The notes below the pieces were generated by a model. The model searched no databases. It saw only the letters and a list, made by a program, of their open reading frames with translations, and was not told the origin of the DNA. A stretch of 64,000 nt of DNA. It comes from Lentisphaerae bacterium ADurb.Bin082. Its GTDB lineage: Bacteria > Verrucomicrobiota > Lentisphaeria > Oligosphaerales > Oligosphaeraceae. The stretch is from assembly GCA_002070945.1 (NCBI GenBank), contig MWEG01000093.1, positions 4,366 to 68,365 of the forward strand. Direction: 5' to 3'. This document shows, in pieces, positions 32,047 through 39,270 of the stretch; within the stretch, counting starts at the first letter, position 1, and each line of letters starts with the position of its first letter. Made by a program: the position numbers and the translations under genes.

Positions 32047-32180
32047 GCAGGAGCAGCGGCAATTCTCTTTTTGCGTAAAGCAGGTGGAACGTCAATAATT
32101 TTTTTCGACGTCCGTTTTATACTGAAATAGAGAGAGTGTTGGCCTCTGAATATCACGATTAATCGCAAGGAATGACCAAT

Positions 32181-32873
32181 ATGCGTACAACGAAGTCTTT
32201 TACTCTGATTGAGTTGCTGGTAGTCATCGGCATCATCGCCATCCTGGCTGCCATGCTTATGCCGGCTCTCACCAAGGCCCGCGACAAAGCCCATCAGACG
32301 ACCTGCATCAACCAGCTAAGGCAGATCGGCAACATGGGCTTTGCCATGTACCGCAATGACAACCGAGGAGAATTCCCGTATTGGATTTCACGCTTGTATC
32401 CCGATTATATTGATTCCAAAAAAGTCTATAATTGCCCAAAGGATTTGAATGACCGGAAGGGGCATAGTGCGAAACAATGGGATCCGCATCCACATAGTGG
32501 CGGGAAATATGCAGCTGCATACGATCGGGAAGGGAGTAAAGGCGTTCATGGTGACCCCAATCCCGATGTGGAAAGAATAAGTTATTTTTATGAGATGAAT
32601 GATTCTAACTGTACTTGGGATTTGGGGCCAGGTTCTCCTTCACCAGCAACGTGGTGTGAATTAAAAGAATACCAGCTTAAGGCCGGCCCGGATGTCGACG
32701 TGAGCAAGAACAATCCATACGACCCCACCGCCTTTCCAGTGGTGCGTTGTTTTTGGCACCAGAAAAAACCTTGGGCGGCCAAGGATGATGATGCGCCAGT
32801 CATGAACATTGCATACGCAGGGAATTTTTTCATGAGCAAGGTGTATTGGGAAGCAGGCGTCTGGTCGCCGTGA
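32181..32873 (+). CDS. Prepilin-type N-terminal cleavage/methylation domain protein (type II secretion pseudopilin-like, DUF1559-like)
   Basis: [30 protein letters not shown] is a class III signal peptide. ATG 32181 is preferred because AAGGAA lies 8 nt upstream, whereas the first ATG at 32172 overlaps that SD. The C-terminal [14 protein letters not shown] looks like a degenerate H-X9-DG-type tail. Confidence 0.85.
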   Translation: MRTTKSFTLIELLVVIGIIAILAAMLMPALTKARDKAHQTTCINQLRQIGNMGFAMYRNDNRGEFPYWISRLYPDYIDSKKVYNCPKDLNDRKGHSAKQWDPHPHSGGKYAAAYDREGSKGVHGDPNPDVERISYFYEMNDSNCTWDLGPGSPSPATWCELKEYQLKAGPDVDVSKNNPYDPTAFPVVRCFWHQKKPWAAKDDDAPVMNIAYAGNFFMSKVYWEAGVWSP

Positions 32874-32929
32874 TGGTTTGATGACGTTGCCGGCCTGACA
32901 GGCCAGTGCGACATACTGAGGACTACAAG

Positions 32930-32967
32930 CCGGCTCTGCGGGATTTACCCGCAGGGTCGGTTTTTTT
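32930..32967 (+). terminator. Rho-independent terminator of the pseudopilin-like gene
   Basis: CCGGCTCTGCGGG-attta-CCCGCAGGGTCGG (13-bp stem, 2 mismatches) followed by T7 (32961-32967). Confidence 0.8.
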
Positions 32968-33044
32968 ATTGTTAGCTCCGTTTGTTTTTCAGGTCGGGTT
33001 CCTGTATAGTTCTATTTTTCGCAAAGCGTCGATCATGTTTTTTT

Positions 33045-33496
33045 GGTAATGTGCGAAATCCTGTGACAGGAAGAGAGATTTGGCACAGTGATTGTGCTGG
33101 TAGACGTCTGGTAGTGCCCCTACTGGGCACTACTTTTGAGGGTACGCCTGCCCCAGGCTAAAGCCTGGGGTTAAGCATGCTTAAGCGCCTGCGGCGCAAG
33201 GGGGCACGACTGTAAGCATGATGCATTTTCATCGTCTGAAAGCCTGCTCAAGATACGTGTCGAAAGCTCCGCTTGTCCATTGCTGTCCACTTCCGTCCAC
33301 GTCCACTGCCACTAACGTCCACTTAAGTCCACAGTCCATCGTCTATTAGCGTCCATTAAAGTCCACTAAAGTCCATTGTCCACTGTCCACTAAAGCACTT
33401 TACCCGGGGTGCTTGGTGCCGTAGATTGCCCGGAGCTCCGAGTATCAATCGGTGACCCATACTACAAGCATTCATCACAAAACTTCGCACATTAAC
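33045..33496. mobile_element. MITE-like 452-bp composite element with imperfect terminal inverted repeats; carries a B-type and an A-type module
   Basis: The left end ggtaatgtgcgaaatcctgtgacagg (33045-33070) matches the reverse complement of the right end (33470-33496: gttaatgtgcgaagttttgtgatgaat) at 18 of the first 22 positions. Inside are B hairpins (33111-33265) and a GTCCAY array plus tail (33270-33460). It has no ORF of its own. Confidence 0.7.
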
Positions 33497-33521
33497 TATT
33501 TTTTATTGAAAGAACCCTGTC

Positions 33522-35570
33522 ATGACACATCAACCGCCCATGCGCCGTCTTAGCAACGCCCCTCGGAGTTGGCGTGCAGATCCGTGGCTGGTGCCTTATT
33601 CGGAGATTATCCGTCAGCGTGACGAGTACATCGCCGGGCGCCGCCAGGCGATGACCGATGGCAAAAACCTGCTCGACTGGGCTGATTGCCACGACCGCTA
33701 CGGCCTGCATCATGTTCAGGGTCAGTGGCACTTTCGGGAATGGCTGCCGAATGCGGACGCTGTCTGGCTGGTCGGCGACTTCTCTGACTGGGAGCGACTG
33801 GAACGCTTCCGCCTGCATCCGGCCGGGCAGGGCGACTGGGAAGCGCGGCTGGATGCGGCGGCTTTGCACCATGGCGACCAGTATCGACTGCACGTCTGCT
33901 GGCCAGGCGGCGAAGGCTTGCGGATTCCAGCCTGCGCCAGCCGGGTGGTGCGCAATACGACTGATCTGTGGCGCTCTGACGTTGTCTTCAATGCGCAAGT
34001 ATGGCAGCCGCCGCAGCTGTATGTGTGGCAGCACGATGCGCCGCCAGCCCAGGCGCCGCTCGTCTACGAGGCGCATGTCGGCATGGCTCAGGAGAAAAGC
34101 GGCATCGGCACGTTTGTAGAGTTCACTGAGACGGTCTTGCCGCGGATTGCTGCGGGCGGCTACAACACGGTACAGATAATGGCGATCCAGCAGCATCCGT
34201 ACTACGGGTCGTTCGGCTATCATGTCGCCAATTTCTTTGCCGTCTGCGATTTATTTGGCACTCCCGAGGAGTTCAAGGCGCTGGTTGACGCGGCGCACGG
34301 CCTTGGGTTGCGCGTGCTGATGGACTTGGTGCAGTCGCACGCTGTCCGCAATGAGGTCGAAGGATTGTCGCGCCAGGACGGCACGGAATGGCTCTATTTT
34401 CATGCAGGGGCGCGCGGAGAGCACCCGGCGTGGGATTCGCGTTGCTTTGACTATGGCAAGCGCGAAGTCGTGCAATTCCTGCTTTCTAATTGCCGATTCT
34501 GGCTGGAGGAATACCGGCTCGACGGATTCCGCTTTGACGGCGTGACCAGCATGGTCTATCGCGATCATGGCCTGAACCGGACGTTCAGCGGCTACGACGA
34601 TTATTTTTCCCCTAACGTCGATTGGGACGCCTTGGCGTACTTGAGCCTGGCGACCGATGTGTGCCATGCTTGTCGCCCAGATGTGGTCTGCATTGCCGAG
34701 GATGTCAGCGGCATGCCGGGCCTGGCCGCGCCAACGGCAGAGGGCGGCTGCGGCTTCGATTTCCGCCTGGCTATGGGCGTGACTGACAACTGGTTCAAAT
34801 TGAGCGATTTACCGGACGAGCATTGGTCCATGGGCGGACTCTGGCACGAATTGACGAACCGCCGCCAGGATGAACAATCGCTCAGTTATGTGGAATGCCA
34901 TGACCAGGCTTTGGTCGGCGGCAAGACGTTCGCCTTCCAACTGATGGGCGCGGCCATGTACGACGGCATGCGACGCGACGCCGCCAGCCTTGCCGTCGAC
35001 CGCGGCGTCGCCCTGCATAAGCTGGCTCGGCTGGCGACTATCGCCACGGCCGGCCATGGCTACCTGAACTTCATGGGCAATGAATTCGGACACCCGGAAT
35101 GGATTGACTTCCCGCGCACAGGCAATGGCTGGTCATTCAATTACGCCCGCCGCCAATGGCATCTGGCCGAGGACGACAGCCTGCATTTTCATTCGCTCCT
35201 GGCTTTCGACCACGCCATGCTCGCCCTAGTCCTAAGCGCGAATGACTTTTTCGCCTGCCAGCCGCAATTGCTCCAGATGGACGAATCGGCCAAGGTGCTT
35301 GCCTTTGAACGCGCAGGATTGTGTTTTATCTTTAACTTCCACCCGCGCAATTCATACGCTGGCTACAAAGTATTGTGCACAGGAGGAGGCTATGACCTCG
35401 TGCTTGATTCTGATGCGCCCGACTTCGGCGGCTTTGGCCTGGTGGCGCCAGGGCAGCATTTCCAAGCCCGGGAAGTCGTCTCCGGCGGCGTCAAGAGGCA
35501 TTTCCTTGATGTCTATGTGCCGGCCCGAACCGTCTTGGCGCTGCACCAGGAGATGTCGGCAATTGGCTAG
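33522..35570 (+). CDS. glgB: 1,4-alpha-glucan branching enzyme (GH13)
   Basis: 682 aa. GH13 conserved regions VLMDLVQSHA (I), DGFRFDGVTSM (II), CIAEDVSG (III) and YVECHDQ (IV), with an N-terminal CBM48-like region. Confidence 0.92.
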   Translation: MTHQPPMRRLSNAPRSWRADPWLVPYSEIIRQRDEYIAGRRQAMTDGKNLLDWADCHDRYGLHHVQGQWHFREWLPNADAVWLVGDFSDWERLERFRLHPAGQGDWEARLDAAALHHGDQYRLHVCWPGGEGLRIPACASRVVRNTTDLWRSDVVFNAQVWQPPQLYVWQHDAPPAQAPLVYEAHVGMAQEKSGIGTFVEFTETVLPRIAAGGYNTVQIMAIQQHPYYGSFGYHVANFFAVCDLFGTPEEFKALVDAAHGLGLRVLMDLVQSHAVRNEVEGLSRQDGTEWLYFHAGARGEHPAWDSRCFDYGKREVVQFLLSNCRFWLEEYRLDGFRFDGVTSMVYRDHGLNRTFSGYDDYFSPNVDWDALAYLSLATDVCHACRPDVVCIAEDVSGMPGLAAPTAEGGCGFDFRLAMGVTDNWFKLSDLPDEHWSMGGLWHELTNRRQDEQSLSYVECHDQALVGGKTFAFQLMGAAMYDGMRRDAASLAVDRGVALHKLARLATIATAGHGYLNFMGNEFGHPEWIDFPRTGNGWSFNYARRQWHLAEDDSLHFHSLLAFDHAMLALVLSANDFFACQPQLLQMDESAKVLAFERAGLCFIFNFHPRNSYAGYKVLCTGGGYDLVLDSDAPDFGGFGLVAPGQHFQAREVVSGGVKRHFLDVYVPARTVLALHQEMSAIG

Positions 35571-35581
35571 GGCAAAATATT

Positions 35582-35735
35582 GGTAATGTGCAATATCTTG
35601 TGATAGAGAGGGTTGACGCAGTGCCTGTGTTGGTAAACGTCCGGTGGTGCCCTTACTGGGCACCACTTTTGGGGTCTGCCTATCCCCAGGCTAAAGCCTG
35701 GGGTTAAGCATGGTCAAGCGCCTACGGCGCGGCCG
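35582..35735. repeat. Truncated copy of the B-type element (left terminal motif + three hairpins), starting 11 nt after the glgB stop
   Basis: ggtaatgtgcaatatcttgtgataga (35582-35607) matches the left end of 33045-33496. The hairpins are GTGGTGCCC-ttact-GGGCACCAC, CCCCAGGC-taaa-GCCTGGGG and GCGCC-tac-GGCGC. Confidence 0.85.
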
Positions 35736-35817
35736 CCTGGCGCTTTCAGCGCGGTCAAACCACCAGCCGCCTTCAGTCCGCCGACCAGTGAACTGAAGGC
35801 GTGCGTTGTTTGCCGGC

Positions 35818-35848
35818 CTGGCCGAGGAGAGTGATTTTCCTCGGCCAG
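35818..35848. terminator. Hairpin between convergent glgB and the HTH gene (bidirectional terminator candidate)
   Basis: 11-bp stem CTGGCCGAGGA (35818-35828) / TCCTCGGCCAG (35838-35848) with a 9-nt loop, followed on the + strand by aaTTTTc. A second hairpin, GCCTTCAGT / ACTGAAGGC, lies at 35769-35800. Confidence 0.5.
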
Positions 35849-35870
35849 AATTTTCAAAAGCTCTCAAGCT

Positions 35871-36353
35871 CTACTCGTCATCGTCGTCTTCCAGGATGAA
35901 CCTGGTCTGTCCCGGTGGCGAGATGAGTCCTGCCATCGTGGCCGCAGTCGCCCTGTCGATGCGGCGGACGATTTTTTCGCGCAGGTCTGGCCTGGTCTGG
36001 CATAGTCGGTACGCATTGGAGACTCTTTCCAGGCATTGCATGACTTCCTGCGGGATGTCTTGGCTGTCTTCCTGTTTCACGGTCGCTTTTGGCAAGGCCA
36101 AGGAGCGAAGAACGGAATCGTATTCGCCGTTCAGGAAAGCCTCAAGCCGGGGACGGTAGCAGAGTTCGCAGGACTCTGTCGGGCCTTGCTCCCATTTGCG
36201 GAATGTCGACCAATTGACGCCGAAAAACGCCGCCACCCGCTGGAAAGGCAGCCCAAGCTCATAGCGTTTGGCCCGCAGTCGCTGCCGGATTTCCGGAGTC
36301 AGGCGGCCGTCAAACGCCATGTAAGAATCATTCTGGTTGCGCTTTTTGGTCAT
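35871..36353 (-). CDS. Small helix-turn-helix DNA-binding protein with an acidic C-terminus (uncharacterised regulator)
   Basis: 160 aa. LGLPFQRVAAFFGVNWSTFRKWEQG is an XRE/Cro-like HTH. The C-terminal end is ILEDDDDE. No family was recognised beyond the HTH. Confidence 0.6.
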   Translation of the reverse strand: MTKKRNQNDSYMAFDGRLTPEIRQRLRAKRYELGLPFQRVAAFFGVNWSTFRKWEQGPTESCELCYRPRLEAFLNGEYDSVLRSLALPKATVKQEDSQDIPQEVMQCLERVSNAYRLCQTRPDLREKIVRRIDRATAATMAGLISPPGQTRFILEDDDDE

Positions 36354-36472
36354 AAATCCTCCTTTCAGGCTTTGACGCAGGCGGGATTCCGGAAAGCCTG
36401 CCCGGTGTCAGCCATGTACCTGTTGCTGGGTTGGATGCACGAGGAAACAGCGCCAGCTGGCTTCTGACCATC

Positions 36473-36500
36473 ACTTTATCAGCCCGAAACAAGTTGTCAA
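36473..36500 (-). promoter_or_regulatory. Sigma70-like promoter candidate for the HTH gene (extended -10)
   Basis: Minus strand reads TTGACA (36500-36495), a 16-nt spacer ending in TGa, then TAAAGT (36478-36473). It lies in an AT-rich tract ~120 nt upstream of ATG 36353. Confidence 0.4.
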
Positions 36501-36791
36501 ATCATAAAATGATATTTTTGTGAATTGCATGAACTATCCTAAGAAATCATCCTAAATACACGGCATGTTGTCTTATTTTTTCACTATAAATGATAGTAAT
36601 TCCTGTTTTTCCTGTTTTTTCTCTAAGTGTTTGGGATTATGTTGGCGCTGTGGTGTTGGCGGGGGGAGCCTGGGCGATTTTGTCGTTTCGGCGGGAAAAT
36701 TGGCTCTGGCAGCTTGCGTATTGGGCAGATAGGATTACTGTTAGAGACAGTTTGCGGCGGGCGTCAAGGCGATGGCGCTCGCCAGATAGAG

Positions 36792-36847
36792 TTTTTGCGG
36801 CGCAATCGCGCCGCAAAAAAAGCCGCAACTGGCGAGGCAGTCGCGGC
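36792..36847 (-). terminator. Tandem terminator hairpins downstream of tRNA-Glu
   Basis: On the minus strand, GCCGCGACTG-cctcgc-CAGTTGCGGC (36847-36822, one mismatch) is followed by T7 (36821-36815). Next comes the perfect hairpin TTTTTGCGGCGC-gatt-GCGCCGCAAAAA (36819-36792), which has A/T runs on both sides and could act bidirectionally. Confidence 0.7.
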
Positions 36848-36861
36848 TTTGGATTAGGTGT

Positions 36862-36936
36862 TGGCATCTCCAAGGGGAGTCGAACCCCTGTTTACGGGAT
36901 GAGAACCCGTTGTCCTAACCACTAGACGATGGAGAC
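36862..36936 (-). tRNA. tRNA-Glu (anticodon CUC), 75 nt with encoded CCA
   Basis: Minus strand reads GTCTCCATCGTCTAGTGGTTAGGACAACGGGTTCTCATCCCGTAAACAGGGGTTCGACTCCCCTTGGAGATGCCA. Acceptor stem GTCTCCA/TGGAGAT, D arm GTC..GAC, anticodon stem ACGGG/CCCGT with loop TTCTCAT, T arm AGGGG-TTCGACT-CCCCT. The layout parallels E. coli tRNA-Glu. Confidence 0.9.
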
Positions 36937-37032
36937 GCTCGTTAGCATTGAAAACATCTCTAAGATAATCTCACGAATGGATTCTGCAAGTCGGCGCCGT
37001 GTTTTTTCTGGCTTGCCTCAAGGAGACTGATA

Positions 37033-37605
37033 GTGCGTTTGCTGTTCATTTCGGACATTCATGGCTCGCCTGAAAGTTTAGATAAGCTGTCCAGCCATCT
37101 GGAGCAATGGCGGCCGGATCAGCTGGTCATCCTTGGGGACGTGTTGTATCACGGCCCCCGCAACCCCTTGCGGCCGGATTATGCTCCTGTGGACGTGTGC
37201 AACTGGCTGAACCGGCACAAAAAGATGATTGTGGCGGTGCGCGGGAATTGCGACAGCGAAGTCGACCAGGCCATGCTGGAATTCCCCTTGATGGCGGATT
37301 ATTCGACGCTGCTGGTGGACGGGTACAAATTTTTTCTGACGCACGGTCATCATTATCATCCTGGTCATTTTCCGCCTATGGGCAGTGGCGAGATTCTCTC
37401 CTATGGGCATACGCACATTCCGCATTTGGCGGTCGTGGCTGAGAACTTGGTGGCGTTCAATCCTGGGTCACTGTCATTGCCGAAAGCGTCGATGCCGGCG
37501 TCGTTTGGAAGGTACGAGGATGGGACGTTGTGCGTGGTCAACCTTGACAGCGGCCAGGAGATGATGCGGCTTGACCTGGAACTTGAGAAGTCGAAATGGG
37601 TCTGA
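37033..37605 (+). CDS. YfcE/MJ0936-family metallophosphoesterase (phosphodiesterase)
   Basis: GTG start with AAGGAG 7 nt upstream. Motifs ISDIHGS, GDVLYHGPRN, RGNCDS, THGH and GHTH. Confidence 0.85.
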   Translation: MRLLFISDIHGSPESLDKLSSHLEQWRPDQLVILGDVLYHGPRNPLRPDYAPVDVCNWLNRHKKMIVAVRGNCDSEVDQAMLEFPLMADYSTLLVDGYKFFLTHGHHYHPGHFPPMGSGEILSYGHTHIPHLAVVAENLVAFNPGSLSLPKASMPASFGRYEDGTLCVVNLDSGQEMMRLDLELEKSKWV

Positions 37606-37697
37606 CATCTTGCCTGTCAGGCGCATGGTTTGTTGGGGCATAATGGCGCTGATTTAAGCCATTGAGACCATCATAAACAACTTGAAGGAGTGGGAAC

Positions 37698-38327
37698 ATG
37701 CTACGGAAACTTGCTTTGATTGCCGCGATGGCGGCCGGTGTTTGTCTGGCTCAGGAAACTCCTCCTGCTACTGCCGCCGAGGCGGCGCCAACGGCCCCGG
37801 CGCCGGGCAGTCGGCCTGCGCGTCCTCAGAATCGCCCTCCCGGGCGGCCAGGCCGCGTTGGTGCGCCACAGCAACGTGGAGGCAATGCTCCGATGACGAT
37901 GCACTTGGAACGGCTGAAGCAGTCCGCAGCAGAATTGCTGGAGATGTATGATGCGGACAAGGACGGCAAGCTCAGCGCCGAAGAGAAGGCGGTGCTGGAG
38001 CGGGAGATGGAAGAAGCCGAACGCAAGGCGCGCCTGGCCCGCGACTACATGCGGATCAAGATTATTGATGTGGACGGAAACCTGGTCATTTCCAAGGAAG
38101 AAGAAGAAAACAGCCAGCAGCGTTTGCGGGAAGAGGCGAGAAAACGCATAGAATCCATGCAGCAGCGCCGCACCCCGCAAGGAGTGCAGCCGCCGGCTGC
38201 GCCAGCACCAGGAGCCAAGGCGCCGGAAGCACCGACCCCCGCTCCGGCACCGACCCCCACCCCCGCTCCGGCACCGACCCCCGCTCCGGCTCCTGCTCCT
38301 GCAGCTCCTGCAGTTCCGGCGAAATGA
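37698..38327 (+). CDS. Secreted EF-hand calcium-binding protein with a Pro/Ala-rich repetitive C-terminus
   Basis: Signal peptide MLRKLALIAAMAAGVCLAQE. EF-hand loops DADKDGKLSAEE and DVDGNLVISKEE. The C-terminal end is a (TPAPAP)n low-complexity tail. GAAGGAG lies 7 nt upstream. Confidence 0.75.
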   Translation: MLRKLALIAAMAAGVCLAQETPPATAAEAAPTAPAPGSRPARPQNRPPGRPGRVGAPQQRGGNAPMTMHLERLKQSAAELLEMYDADKDGKLSAEEKAVLEREMEEAERKARLARDYMRIKIIDVDGNLVISKEEEENSQQRLREEARKRIESMQQRRTPQGVQPPAAPAPGAKAPEAPTPAPAPTPTPAPAPTPAPAPAPAAPAVPAK

Positions 38328-38328
38328 T

Positions 38329-39237
38329 GTGAGCATGGCTGCTGATGGGGTCAATCGGTTGTTGTCGCCGGCGGAGATTGCGCGTTTAGGCAGTTTGCGC
38401 CTGGGGTCTCGCTTCACGGTTGAGGGGTCGGTCGCTGGGGGGCACCGCAGCCAGCTGAAGGGCGTCAGCGTCGAATTCGCTGATTATCGTCAGTACGTTC
38501 CTGGCGACGACCCCAAGCATCTTGACTGGCGCGTTTATGGCCGCAACGAGCGTTTGTATTTGCGTCAGTACGAGGAAGAGACCAGTTTGCGGGTGCATCT
38601 TTTGGTTGACGGCTCTCGGTCCATGGCCTACGCCAGTGGGTCGACCAGCAAGTATCGTTATGCCTGCACCTGCGCTGCGGCTCTTGCCTACATTACGATT
38701 CGCCGCCAGGACACGGTCGGCCTGGCGTTGTTTGACCGCAAGTGCAATCTGGTCATGCCTCCGCGCAGCGGCGCTGAGCATTTGCGGGTGTTGTGCAATC
38801 AGCTGGCCGATCACGAGCCAGTGAACGAGACGGACTTGGCGGCGCCTCTGCATCATCTGGCCGAGCAGGCGAAACGGCGCGGCCTGGTCATTATCTTCAG
38901 CGATTTGTTTGACGATGTCGACCGGCTTCGCTCGGCGCTGGCGCATTTCCGCCGCCGCCGGCATGATGTCATCGTCTATCAGATTCTGGATCGGGCCGAA
39001 CTGGACTTCCCCTTTCGCGACGCTGGCGCCTTCCAGGATTTGGAAACCGGCGAGCTGATCGTCACCAGTCCTAAGGAAATCCGCAATTCCTATCAAAGCG
39101 CGATGGAGGAATTCCTGTTTCAGTGCCGCAAGGTCTGCGCCGGCCTTGATGTCGAGCACATTCTCGCCTTGACCGACCAGGCGCCGGTCGACCTGGTTTT
39201 CCGGCATTTGCACCAGCGGGCCTTGGCTGGCCGCTGA
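38329..39237 (+). CDS. DUF58 domain protein (vWA-like, MoxR-associated family)
   Basis: FADYRQYVPGDDPKHLDWRVYGRNERLYLRQYEEETSLRVHLLVDGSRSM is the DUF58 signature region. The start is GTG 38329, 1 nt after the upstream stop, or ATG 38335. Confidence 0.85.
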   Translation: MSMAADGVNRLLSPAEIARLGSLRLGSRFTVEGSVAGGHRSQLKGVSVEFADYRQYVPGDDPKHLDWRVYGRNERLYLRQYEEETSLRVHLLVDGSRSMAYASGSTSKYRYACTCAAALAYITIRRQDTVGLALFDRKCNLVMPPRSGAEHLRVLCNQLADHEPVNETDLAAPLHHLAEQAKRRGLVIIFSDLFDDVDRLRSALAHFRRRRHDVIVYQILDRAELDFPFRDAGAFQDLETGELIVTSPKEIRNSYQSAMEEFLFQCRKVCAGLDVEHILALTDQAPVDLVFRHLHQRALAGR

Positions 39238-39270
39238 GCAGGCGGCTTTGCATAGCGTTAAGATGTCATT

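Noticed and set aside
36590-36925. 111-aa + ORF (and 36627..36857) in the AT-rich spacer, with a hydrophobic start suggestive of a small membrane protein
   Set aside because: It runs through two terminator hairpins and across the tRNA-Glu gene on the other strand. There is no RBS, and most of the translation is Arg-rich read-through.
35871-37032. tRNA-Glu locus considered as a prophage or genomic-island integration site
   Set aside because: There is no integrase, excisionase or phage-like gene on either side. I could not find a second copy of the tRNA 3' end in the window.
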